A stretch of DNA of 64,000 nucleotides from Vermamoeba vermiformis (lineage: Eukaryota), in NCBI GenBank assembly GCA_045837725.1, contig JBEWZL010000300.1, positions 310,001 to 374,000 on the forward strand. Reading direction: 5' to 3'. Made by a program: the position numbers and the translations under genes. The notes beneath the pieces were generated by a model. It searched no databases. It was not told the origin of the DNA and saw nothing but the letters and a program-made list of their open reading frames with translations. This document shows positions 28,788 through 40,959 of the stretch, piece by piece. Position 1 is the stretch's first letter, and each line of letters starts with the position of its first letter.

Positions 28788-30550
28788 TTATTTCGCGTGA
28801 CTGCTCAAAGGGTACTCATTGCCCCACTTGGCCAAGTGTTCTTCGAGCTGTTGTTTCTGTTCTTTGAGTGGCCAAGTCAGTTCGTCGTACACATCGGTCC
28901 ACAACTCGGACACGGCAGGCTTCACTTGACTTTCTGCCTTCTTCAAGGCCTCCAACACGGCTGTGCGGCTGCGAGCCCACGTCTCTTTCTCGCGAGTCTC
29001 GTCCCAGAGTCCCTTGCTCTCGAGGTACTTGCGCAGACGAGTCATGGGCGAGTTGGACTTCTTGACCTCATCGACCTCAGTGTTGGCACGATATCTCGAC
29101 GCGTCATCTGATGTCGAGTGGTGACCGACACGGTATGTCATGGCTTCAATTAACACGGGCTTGGACTGCAAATGACACGTGTCAAATCAAGTGTCAAACA
29201 CACACTCACACGTACCTCTTTCAACGCATATTCACGAGCGCGCTTAGTGGCGTTGTAGACAGCAAACAAGTCATTGCCATCGACGCGAATGGTTCTGATG
29301 CCGTAACTGATGCCGCGTGCTGCAATGCCGTCACCGCGGTACTGTTCGCGCACTGGTGTGCTGATTGCCCAGCGATTGTTGCGGCAGAAGAAGATGGTCG
29401 GGGTCTCCAATGTCGCGGCAAAGTTGAGTGCGGGGTGGAAGTCACCTGGGCGCGGTTAGTGCTGTGCAAATAGGCCGCTAAAGACGTACCTTCACTCGCA
29501 GCGCCGTCACCGAAGTAGACCACTGTGCAGTTCTTCAGGCCAGCGAGTTTCTGCGCATAAGCTGAGCCCGTCGCTTGCGGTATTTGCGTGCCGAGTGGCG
29601 AGGAAATGGTCTGAAAGTTGAGTGCGCGCGAACCATAGTGGACTGGCATCTGACGACCCTTGCCCAGATCGTGCTGGTTCGAGGTGCATTGGTTCATGAA
29701 ATCATCTAAAGTGAAGCCGCGGTACATGAGCACACCTGCTTCGCGATACTATAAATAGAAACCGAGAATTAGTCTTCGCAATTCTTTTTTGAGATCTGGC
29801 GTACTTGGCCGAAGATAATGTCGTCTTTGTGAATAGCAGCAGCACTGCCAAAGTGCGTGGCCTCTTCACCGTAGTTGGTCATGTAAAAACTAATGCGACC
29901 GTGGCGTTGTACGTCGTACAAGAACTGATCCATTTGGTTTAATTGGATCATCATTTCGTAAATCTTAACGAGCTCTTCATTTGACAACTAAATAATATAG
30001 TATTACTAATCTAGTATTACAAGGCTTAATGAGTCACAGATCCAATCAACACAATTTCAAACAGTTGAATAATGGCTGTAATAGCTGTAATATACGTACG
30101 TCTTGAGGCATCTCTTTCTGGTTCAATATTTTGCCATCATAGTCCATCACTTGATAGGTGGGGATAGGTGTCATTTTGTATGGATCTGCCCAGCACTTCT
30201 CAATTTCTGTGCGGTGCTCTGAATTTTCTTCAATAGTTCCATCGGATACGAATCGAACCAATTTTTTATTTGATGTCTATATTAATGTTAATACAAATAT
30301 TAAGGGCTATTTATTGCTTATTAATTATTTAATTTCGCATCAAACTCAATGCTATCTATTAACGCTTAAATCGCCAAGTACTTACGCCCAAAATATTGTT
30401 ATTAATTAACATGTTGGTACTTTTGTTATTCAAGCTTGTCTTCTTGCCGATCGTTGCTGTGTGAAGAGGCGCAGATGCGATCAGAGCGCGTTGAGGACCA
30501 CGAGCCCTCACTACACGACGAGCAACTGTTCGACACACGTTACTAAGCAT
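28788..30550 (-). CDS. BCKDHA: Branched-chain 2-oxo acid dehydrogenase E1 alpha subunit, mitochondrial (multi-exon)
   Basis: [67 protein letters not shown], and an Arg-rich presequence [12 protein letters not shown]. Confidence 0.96.
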
Positions 30551-30994
30551 GGTGTATTTATCGCGAATAAATAACAAAAACAACTCAGTCAAATTTCTCC
30601 AACAAGATATTCTGCGATTGGATTCGCCCGCAACTCAGCGTGGAGCAATCGTAAGAGGCACTTATGTAGCCGTCAATGTATGAGCGCATAAGAGACGTTA
30701 GGGATCTGAGATCTTTCGCAATGCAAAGGTGTCAATAAGCCGAAAGTTCCTTAGCAAAGTCCAACGAACTGTTTCAGACGGCAGCTCGACTGTTGCTGAA
30801 TGCAGTACAGGTTTTTCACAACACAGCCAAATGCAGGGAATGTTCCAGGTAGTGCTAGAATGTTCCAAAGAACGTTCTGCTGCCGTTCTGCCCTTGTGTA
30901 CGGAAAAATCACGTGCCCGTGAAAAATTTAACTATAAATATCTAAAAAGTAACTTTAATTTCATTCACCGAGGCTAACAACAAACACACTGAAT

Positions 30995-31480
30995 ATGCAC
31001 AGCACAGTTTTCTTCGCACTCATCTTCGCCGCAGTGGTGACAGCCCAGCCAGGCATCAGCGTGACCGTGTACAACGACGAGAACTGTCGCAGTGGCGGCA
31101 CAGCACAACTGACGTACTACTTGACCGATGACTGGCAGCAGTGTCAAGCACTCCCTGCTGCGAGTGGTCAGTTCTTGGTCGGTCATGCGCGCTGTGAGGA
31201 CAATCAGCTCATCGTCGAGTACTGCGGCAACAAGTCCTGCAGTGCCGCCACGTGCTTTGGTCCCAGCACGACTGTCGCAAGTTCAGGCTGCAGCTCCAAC
31301 TTGTTTTTGACCACCGGATCCGTTAAAGTCCAGTGCCCCGACAACACGCACCTAAAGTGGATTGATCAACGACCTTACATCGTCGCATGGGTCGGTGCTG
31401 GATTCTTCTTATTGACAACTATTATCTTCTTAGTGTTGTTCTGTAAGGCTCGAGACTCCAATCACCACGTCCGCGTTTAA
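30995..31480 (+). CDS. Small Cys-rich type I membrane protein, unknown family (intronless)
   Basis: Signal peptide MHSTVFFALIFAAVVTA, eight Cys in the ectodomain, TM segment YIVAWVGAGFFLLTTIIFLVLFC and a short tail. TATA-like TATAAATA lies about 60 nt upstream. Confidence 0.75.
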   Translation: MHSTVFFALIFAAVVTAQPGISVTVYNDENCRSGGTAQLTYYLTDDWQQCQALPAASGQFLVGHARCEDNQLIVEYCGNKSCSAATCFGPSTTVASSGCSSNLFLTTGSVKVQCPDNTHLKWIDQRPYIVAWVGAGFFLLTTIIFLVLFCKARDSNHHVRV

Positions 31481-31579
31481 TACAGTTAAACAACTCATTG
31501 TAAATAGCAAAATAAATCAATTATTTAAAATAGCAGCGGTTAAAGTTAATTTGAACATTTAATTCGCAGAGTTATCAAC

Positions 31580-33767
31580 TCACTCTTCCGAGCCATCGTC
31601 AATGTCAAATATAGACAACAGACCAATGGACGGCGTGCCAAGGTGTACTTGATGCAATATGCCGTTCTGCTTCGTCTTGATATAGTACAAAAATAAGACT
31701 AACGCGTGGAACAGATTGTTGCGACCCTGCAGATCCAAGTAATTAATGCTGCGAGACTAGAGCAGATATTATTAAGGAGACTTACTTTGAGTATGGGCCA
31801 CGTCTCCTTCTCCACAATTAAGTTGAAGTGCGGAGGGTGCAAATGAGGCTGATAAATAATCACGTGACTGTTCACCTTTGCAGGGTTTTGCGGCCAAATG
31901 ACGTAGTGTCGTGTGGTGAAGCTGTTTCTGGCGTGTTGTGGATCAGCGGGCAACAAAATGTCATCCATGCGCGTGCAGAACAAGTGAATCAAGATCTGCG
32001 TGTCCGTGGGCAGTTCTTGCGTCCACTTGGTGTTATTCTCGGCCTCGCCCGCGTCCCATTTGAACGCTGAAATGAAATTTCCCGCCGCGAGTTCTGCGCA
32101 GCGATTAGTACTCGAGTGATGTCACGTGACTGCACTTACTTTTGATGCGCTTGACGAGATATTCGCGCGAAGTTGAGCCCACGACATTCAAGTAGCGCTC
32201 GAGTTGCAGTCGCTCGCGTGACGCTTGTTCTTGTTGCGAGCCAGGCGCGTAGATCTGAATCGGCGTGGTGGTCCAGACACCTGTAGAACTCGAGGACTGC
32301 ACTTGAATGATTTGACCTGTGTTCGTCAACTGCTGCTCCCACAATGGTACGCTGAACGGGATAAATTAGCGCAAAGACCAGTTAGTGACACGTGTCATTG
32401 ACGCACCCAGTCTCGACTTCAATCTTGGTGATTTGAGCCACGAGAGGCTGCAATACTTTTTGTGACAACCACTGCGCAGTGTTAGTGCATTATATATATA
32501 AATTAACTGCATCATGCACGTACCAATCGCATGCGCTCGGTCCACACATTGATGAGCGGATCCACTTTGAGTTTGCCGTAGAGTTCACGTGCTGCAAGAG
32601 TTGTGAAATAATCAAAGTCACCGCCCTCGCGCTTGTTCGGGTTGAGTGGCGGAGGTCTGCAAATGACACGTGTCAACAATAGGACTTGAAACAGTCAAAC
32701 ACGTACCTGTAGCCAGTCTGATAAGTCTGCAGCGGAATGTTGCTCACATTGTCAGAGCCAGTGCCAGTGAGACTGCCGAACTGACTGCTCTGTTTGTTCG
32801 AGGACAGCACACTGCTCATTTGTTCGCGCTCTTCTTCGCGCTTCATGAATTCATCTAACTCGCTCGTGTCACGAATCAAATACTGGCGCAGCGCTGCAAC
32901 AGTCGCGAGTGTCAGTTCAAAGTGTCAAACAGCAATTGATCCGCACTTACGTGAATAGATTTTGCGACGTGTCACTGATGTCAGTTGCGGTGTTCGTTTG
33001 CGGTCATCCTAATTAGGAAAGTGTCAAAAATAAGTCCGTCAGTGCGTCACGTGACTTACAGAGGCCGAGAGAGGCAGCACAGGAGGGCGCAGCGTGATGG
33101 GTGTTGAGTGCGCGGGCTTGGCTTGTGGTGTGTGCACGACTGATGGCGCGTGACTGGCCCGCACTGGTGTCACTGCACACGTGTCAGACAGTGGGTATCA
33201 ACAACTACTACACGACTACGTACTCGTCTGTTCGATCTCCTCTGACACAGGGGCCATGCCGAGCAGTTCGCGCTGTTTGTTGGAGAGATTGACGGAGGGT
33301 GGCACGGAGAAGTAGCGATTGAACGAGACGAGTGCCATCACGAGCAGCGTGACTGCGGCGATGTTGCCTAGGCAGCAATTAGACTATGAAATGGTATTAA
33401 TACAGTGACAGTACGCACCTAAGATGTGAATGGCACTATCTACGCGTGGAGCACCGCCTAAAATATGAACGACCGTGGATCTGAGTACAAACATTAGTCT
33501 TTGAATTTTTAATTGTGACTAAAATTCAATTATGGCACTATTATAACTATTTATAGTAAAATCAAGCGTGTGTAAAATATTTGAAAGCAGCGGCATTAAT
33601 TAGTAAAATCAGATCTCGCTTCTTTACCTGTAACTGGCAGTATTGGCGAATCCAAATATTAAGAAAAAGAACCACAAGCTCATTATACCAAAAAATAACA
33701 TTTTAAGAGTGCCATATTCTTGTAGACCAGAAACTTTCCGTATTTCTGGATTCTCCCACCGTTGCAT
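31580..33767 (-). CDS. TMEM209: Nuclear pore membrane protein TMEM209-like (multi-exon; start approximate)
   Basis: N-terminal TM segments, ELDEFMKREEE, EYLVKRIK, PPHFNLIV and the C-terminal GRNNLFHALVLFLYYIKTKQNGILHQVHLGTPSIGLLSIFD, matching the TMEM209 C-terminus. Confidence 0.82.
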
Positions 33768-33940
33768 ATCTGTGGCTTGAAGCGATTATATTACAATTAA
33801 ATAAGTCTAATTAATTAAGAATCATTCGTGTTGCTTCGTACGGGAGTGACAGATAAACTATTTGAAAAAAAGGCGGCATTTAACTTGCACGGCCTGACGT
33901 AGCACCAGACGTTAATAACTGTCCTTAAATTAGCACTATA

Positions 33941-35566
33941 ATGATGAATATAGTAAAGCAAATTCCACGTATCACGACTCTCACGAGCAGGAGGGCAGTG
34001 GCAACGTCACGGAAGTCGATCTACTTTATTAACAAACAGTTTTATGTACGTTACAGCAATATCATTAATAATTTGTTGATGATATGTGGCTATAATTATC
34101 GAACACCGGAATGATATTTTAAATTAGACCACGACACGTACCGGTCCTCTCGCGCACATTAAAGTGCTCGATCTGTCGCGCGTACTGGCTGGGCCTTGGG
34201 CAGCACAATTACTCGCCGATTTGGGCGCTGAAGTCATCAAAGTCGAACAGCCAGAGCGCGGTGACGATACACGTGCGTGGGGTCCACCCTTCATGTCGGG
34301 CAGAGACGGCCCCACGCGCGAGAGTGCGTACTATTTGTGCGCCAATCGCGGCAAGCAGTCCATCACAGTGGACTACCGCACCACACAGGGCCAAGAGATT
34401 GTGCATGCACTGGCCAAGGAGTGTCACGTGCTCATTGAGAACTTCAAGGTCGGTGCACTTGCCAAATATAGACTAGATTACGAGAGCATTCACCGCATCA
34501 ATCCCGGTATGATTAGTGCCTCGTGTGACACGCGACTAATGTGCAGCAGATCTGGTGTACTGTTCAATCACGGGATATGGTCAGACAGGTCAGTACTGCT
34601 ATAGAACTGCGTGTGACACTCGAATTGACACGTTTGACAGGTCCTCGCAGTGAAGAGCCAGGCTATGACTTGCTCGTTCAAGGCATGGCTGGACTCATGT
34701 CATTCACTGGCGAGCCGCAAGGACCACCTGTCAAAGTGGGTGTCGCTGTCGTGGACTGTTTGACAGGTACGTGCTGCGCTGTGATTGGCTGCCTATTCAT
34801 GAATGACAGGGCTGTTCTCGACGATTGGAATTCTGTCTTCAATCATTGCCAAAAAAGGACAGCACGTTGATGTCGCGCTGTTTGATTCAGCGGTATGATC
34901 TCTAGTATAATACTACGCGGTCATAACTAAGTGCTATATTTAGATTGCTGCTCTGGTCAACCAGGGTGCTAATTATTTGATTGGCGGGAAAATTCCAGCG
35001 AGACTCGGCAACTCACACCCCAACATCGTGCCGTACGGTACATTCGACGCACAAGACGGTCACGTGATCATCGCTGTGGGCAATGACTTGCAGTTCGCAC
35101 AGCTGTGTCAGGTACGGGACTCAGTTTGACACGTGTCAGTTAACACGCGTGGCAGGTGTTGCAACGTCCTGATTTGGCCACAGACGAGAGATATTCGCGC
35201 AATCCAGCACGTGTCAAACACCGCGCAGAACTCGTAGCGCTGATCAATTCCATCACGTGCTCGCGACCGAAGCGCGAATGGATTGACAAGTTGACAGCTG
35301 TCGGTGTGCCCGCTGCACCTGTCAACAATTTGCAAGAAGTATTCAGTGAACCACAGGCACAAGCACGTGGCATGCAAATCAACATGGAACACCCGCTATC
35401 AGACGAAGGTGTTTCCTTAATAGGCAATCCCATTAAATTGTCGCAAACACCAGTCGATTATCAGCTGCCACCACCGCTGCTCGGCCAACACACCGAACAG
35501 ATTTTAAAACGACTCGGTTACAGCGCTGAAGACATTGCCAAAATGCGTCAAGATCACGTGATTTGA
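33941..35566 (+). CDS. Family III (CaiB/BaiF) CoA-transferase, SUGCT-like, with mitochondrial presequence (multi-exon)
   Basis: [86 protein letters not shown]. The first exon is rich in R/S/T. Confidence 0.92.
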
Positions 35567-35603
35567 TCTCGCTGTCGTTGTACATGTGCTTGTAAAGACT
35601 GGT

Positions 35604-36844
35604 TTATTTCTTGTCCTTGCTCTCGGTGCTCGTCAGTTTGTCCAGCACACTCTTCACCACGCCACTCAGGTCACTGCGCGCATAGAGCTGTTCGAGTTGA
35701 CGGCGCGCATTGGCTGCGAGGTCTGTGTGGGGCTTGGTCGGCGCGGACTTTTGCGCGAGTTCTTTGAGAGTCTGAGAGGTGTCAGCAATCTAATTTGACA
35801 CTTGACACGTGTCATTCACGTACCAGCAACAGGCCGTACAATGCGCGCACATTGTTGTCGTGCGACAGTTCGAGGGCGTAGCTGTAGTACTTCTTGGCCA
35901 GCTCTAAATTGTCCGCACCACCGATAGTGTACAAGAGCTGCAGCGACATTAATAAGCGACACTATCATATATTGGGGCAGTTGTATTTACCTCGGCGTAG
36001 CGCACATAAATGTGATAGTTGTTGGGACTGGCCAATATCAATTCTTCATAGCAATAGGCTGCATTTTCATAACTGGTAGCATTGAATTAATATACATCTA
36101 CTATATTACGTTGTGCGTACAGTTGCAGCGAGCAATACAGATCAGCTAGTTCTTGCCAGGCCTCTACATCCGCCATGTAAACATTCAAATACTTGTTCAG
36201 CAGTGTAATGGCGCGTTCTGGCTTGTCATTCGCTTTTTCAATGGCAATCAATCGCTTTAATGATATCTATAAAGATTGGCGAGTTAATTTACATTTTTCT
36301 TCATTATTATTAGAGGTGTACCTGATCTGTTGGGTCTTTCTCTAATATATCTTTGTAAGTGTCTTCAGCCTTCGCATATGATCCCTTAGCCTCTAATCTC
36401 ATGGCTGACAGGCGCTGTACTCGCACACTAGTCGGGAATTTTCTGTACAAAGCAGCAAAGCATTCCTGTGGGGTCAGATCGAGTCAACTTTTGTCATCCT
36501 CGCATTGAAAATCTAATATTATATACCTCTGCTGTAATATCATCGCCGTGCGCTAATGCAGCAATTAAAACTTGTTCGTACGTGTCCCAAACTGTGGTAA
36601 TTTGATTAATAATTATTTAAAATAATCAACCTATCAGTCATTGTAATAACTGAGGTCATGATTACTTACTATCATCTCCCAGTGTAGATTTGTATTTGAT
36701 AATTTTTTTGCCATATTTTAAGACAAGTTCAGATTCGCGCACTTGTTGATCGCGAACAAAGGAAAGAAACTCATTGATTAATGATATATTGGAAGGACTT
36801 TGTTCTAGTCTAGATTTGTATTGTGATAATTCTTGAACACTCAT
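35604..36844 (-). CDS. EMC2: ER membrane protein complex subunit 2 (TPR protein, multi-exon)
   Basis: WDTYEQVLIAAL, KFPTSVRVQRLSAMRLEA, KRLIAI, LNKYLNVYMADVEAWQELADLY, AAYCYEELIL..P, NVRALYGL. Confidence 0.92.
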
Positions 36845-37128
36845 GCTGGGTAACGTTGCAGAACTTCGGAAAAAAGAATTTTATTTTCAGCTGAACGCAA
36901 CAAGAGCGCTGTTGCTCGACTGTAGTTAGCACACAATGTAGTAATCAAATGAAGCAATTGGCATAGATAGACGAAGGCTACGTGGGCCAACCGAAGGGAA
37001 CCAGAAAATTTAATCTGCTTTTTGTCAATTCTTTCAGAAAGAATTCAAAAAAGTCAATTCTTGGTCAGCGGAGGAGGCATAAAATCGATGCAATTATTTT
37101 TTAAACCAATTATATCAATTTCCTGAGA

Positions 37129-40100
37129 ATGGACCCACAACTCGAGTCACTTCTCCCCACGGCATTCCGAGCGAGTTACCTAATCGGAAACCTTACAAAA
37201 CATGCACAAAGCATTGATGGCGAGGCCATATCAAAGGAGCTGACTACGAGGCAAGTCACCTTGACCAATCCGATCTGCTAACCTTTTTTCAGCTCTGAGC
37301 ACCACACTATAGCCAAAGTTATGTTCCCTAGACAACTTCCCGACTCTCATGCGTTCCATATGTATGCCTTGCTCCGTGACGGAACCCTTATGGTAGCCTG
37401 CAGAGAGACAGCCGGGTTTGGAGATTGGATGTCAAACCTAAAAATCAGCGCCGATATAAGCCTTGAGGGTCGAATTCACTCCGGTAAGCATCACTAACTC
37501 ACTGTAACATTATTAACGAAGAACGAAGGCTTTTGGAAGAAGGCAACATCTATCCCTCTGTACCCTCTGCTCGAACATTTGAGGACGGGAAAACGCGTAG
37601 TGTTCACCGGTTTTTCTCAAGGATCGGCTGTGGCAGAGCTAATTATGGTCCGTCTTATCAACCACATTGGGTTCGATATGAAGTGGGCCCTTCAGCGTCG
37701 CGTTCTCTTTATTGGCTTCGGTTCTCCTCTCATAGGTATGGGCCCAGAGTTCTTAGAGGCGGTCATTCAGCAGCTAATTATCGATCATTGCAGGTGATGA
37801 GGCCTTTTGTCAATCGATCCGCTCAGCCACAAGTCCTGACAACATTCCTTTGTACCGAAGCCTCTTTTATCATGTGGTCAACAAAGGTGACGTAGTACCG
37901 CGTCTTACTTCGGCACTGCGATTTGTCTCCGGACCTGTTGAGAGTTTGATGAATTCTTTGCTCGGTTTTGTTGTAAGTATCTACTATAAGCTAAGAACAA
38001 CACTTAATGTGCGTATTAGGCTGATTCAACAGCGCGCAAAGTTCTTGGCGAAGTATCTCAAGAAGCCTTCAAATTGTTGGTACCAGAATACAAGCCTCAC
38101 GGAGTTTGGCTGTTCTCTGAAACAGTTGACGACAAGACTTCCTGGACTATATTAGACACGGCCGTTAGTGCGCAGAGGACTCGAGCCATTGAACGCCTAA
38201 CCTATTCGCCGCGAACTGATGCCATCAAGTTGGAACATTTTCAACAACATAGACCCAGTGGCTATATGCAATCGTTGCATAGGTACGCACCAATCCGATA
38301 ATCACATCGTATCAGGTACTAACTATCACAGCCTGTGCAATAAAAGCACACTGCCAGCACAACAAGTGTCATGTGCGTTAGTCTTCAACGACAAACCAAA
38401 GACTACCGCACGCTGGATGAGCGGTTACTATTATGTGCTTGTCAGCGGTGCAGTAGCTCTACATGCTTCTCAATTGTACATTCAGGGCTACACGTCCGAT
38501 CAGACCACCGTCACAAAGAACCCTGACTTAGGCGAATTAGTTGTAAGTTCTGCACGATGTTTAGTAGTCATTATTGAGCGTTCTTCGACAGGTACTCAAA
38601 GTTGAATGTGCACATCCTACCAACAAGTTAGTTGTGGTGATCGAATTGCCGTACTTTCTACCCAACAACACAACCAAGCTGGAAATTCCTTGCGAGTGTG
38701 AAGTAAGTCGCAAGACGTTAGTACTGCAGTAGTTTGTTAACATGAACATGTTCAAGATCGCCCAAGATCTGGCCGACATCAATCGCATGCCACTCATTGC
38801 GATCTTGCGCTGCGCATTGTTCCATGCCTTGCTAGCCCCTCAATCCTCGGCAGGACGACTGGCAATCCAGTGTTTGACAAACTTGGAGGCTATTTATGAT
38901 CTATCGGGGAATGAGGATGCAGTAAACAGCCTCAACAAAGAAGACATGACTATTTCAGCCTGCCTCGTCGCTTGGTTACTTCAGACTGGCGAAAAGCTTG
39001 AAACTGATCGGGTTTGGGAAAATCCACAGGAACTTCTGCAACCCAAATCTCTAACCAAGGCCGCCAAGTACTTGTTTTCACTGTTGGGGGCGACTTCAAA
39101 TAACGAGACGGAAGATCACAACAGACTCAAGAGGTTCATCGACAATAGGCGCCAGGGTACATTGAACTTTGCACCCTTTTTTCGCAGATTAGACCAGCAG
39201 TTCCAAGAGGAGCTCAATTCAATCCAGCTCCCTCCTATGATCCCACATCAAATGCTCTTCTCACGATTCACTGCAAAGAACGTAGAATCCAATCCCAGTA
39301 TTACGGCATTTTTCAGCGCCGCCGCTCCAGTCCAGAATCTCATTATGATGAAATTAATTCATAGTCCAAAGCTCTCGTTGGTTAAGACAAACTATTACAC
39401 GTAAGTTAAACAAGACGAACGAGAAATCCGTGCTAACATTTTACAGTACTTTCAAAGAGAAAGTCAAAAGATTTTTCGCACTGCCATTACGCCTGTTTAA
39501 TGTAGATCTTTATCCCGATCGCAGCCTAGTCAAGGCAGACAAAAGTTATGTCAAACGGCTAGTCGCACTCTATACCGTACTGTTTCCAAATCATGCCGCA
39601 AATTTGAATTTGACAGGCGAAACATTAGACCTGTTTTCACTCGAACAAGCCATTGACAGTTTAACGCTTGGTAAAGTTCGAGAGAGACTTAACGTGGCCT
39701 TTGAAGAATTTGCTGAAAAGCACTTGGAAATTCGGGTAAGTTACACCGCGTCCTGATGAATGTTACTTATCTGACTGATAGAACTGTGCAAACTTCTACA
39801 AAGTTGTGAAGAACGTATTCCGGCTGCGATCCATTTGCAAAAGCGAGCGATTCATCGCAGTCGCAGGCATGCAGAATGCAGGAAAATCTCGAGTGCTTAA
39901 TGAACTCTGGGGAATGCAAACAGGCTCCACGATTACAAGGAATACACGCGAGCCCTCTGCATATCAATTTGAAGTCGAGAAGCAATTTGTTGCAAACATC
40001 AAAGCGATTGATCTTCCAGCAATTACCGACTCAAATGTTTTAAACTCCGCAATGCAGACCATGATACTTCCATGCACTCTAGGTACAATCAGTGATAAAG

Positions 40101-40736
40101 TGATCTAATAGCATACTTATTTGTTATTAGCGGCGTGCATCGTTCTCGACATCAAGAATGCCCAAGATGTTGTCTGTTTAGATTGGTTACGTGACATGGA
40201 ATGTCAAATGAAGTTTCCCTTCATAGTGCTGTTAAATCAAGCCGACGTCTTGTTGAAGAACATTTTGGAAGAACCTGTGTCGACTGCCAATGATCCCTGG
40301 GCCGCTGAAGAAGACACTGATGCAGATAAGAACGGTAATGTGTCCAACTCCTACACTGCCATTATTCTAATACTAGCTTCACTCAGAGAATCGTACCTCT
40401 GTTTTTAAAAGCCGTGTGAATCAAATCATTTTCGAGATTATCAGCAGAGTTCCGTCACTCGTTGGTCGTATCTACCCGACTTGCTTTTTCCCTCAAGGCC
40501 GAAGAGAACTAGCGCAACATGGATTCATGAGCAAGTTTGATAATGAAAATACTCCATTAGCGCAACCCCCACTTGAAAACGAACTAGTTGTGTATGGTCG
40601 ATGGGGAGTTCGCTATTTGCTGGACTATCATTTTAGAGGCCCTGCGATTAGACACCTGAACGAAGTCGAGTGGGCCAAGTTGATTGTTGGTCCAAAAGTG
40701 GAGCAATATTGTAAATACCACGCGCTGTACCAGTAA
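37129..40736 (+). CDS. Class 3 lipase domain + central helical region + C-terminal P-loop (TRAFAC-like) GTPase fusion protein (multi-exon)
   Basis: Lipase motifs: VACRET..DW..NL, IHSGF, VVFTGFSQGSAVA, HVVNKGDVVPRL, QHRPSGY. GTPase motifs: IAVAGMQNAGKSRVLNELWG (G1), NTREP (G2), IDLPA (G3-like), LLNQAD (G4-like). Exons join with GT-AG introns and one GC-AG intron. Confidence 0.75.
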
Positions 40737-40959
40737 TCTCCGCTAATAAAGGCCGCCGGTGATCAATTTCGAACTCGTATGAATAAGACGCCTTTATAAT
40801 TAGATTGGACAACTCAGAATCAGAATCTCGTGTCAACAAAAAGTAAAGACTGTCATTCAATTTCACTTGCGGAACTGAAACGTAACCAGTGCAATCTACT
40901 AGGACAACGGAACACCATTAACAGTTTGGCGGCATTGGCCTGCAAATTCAACACTCAGA

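Noticed and set aside
33941-35566. CaiB/BaiF CoA-transferase as a recent bacterial transfer
   Set aside because: The sequence looks proteobacterial-like, but eukaryotes widely carry mitochondrial SUGCT and this gene has a presequence and introns. It cannot be called without a tree.
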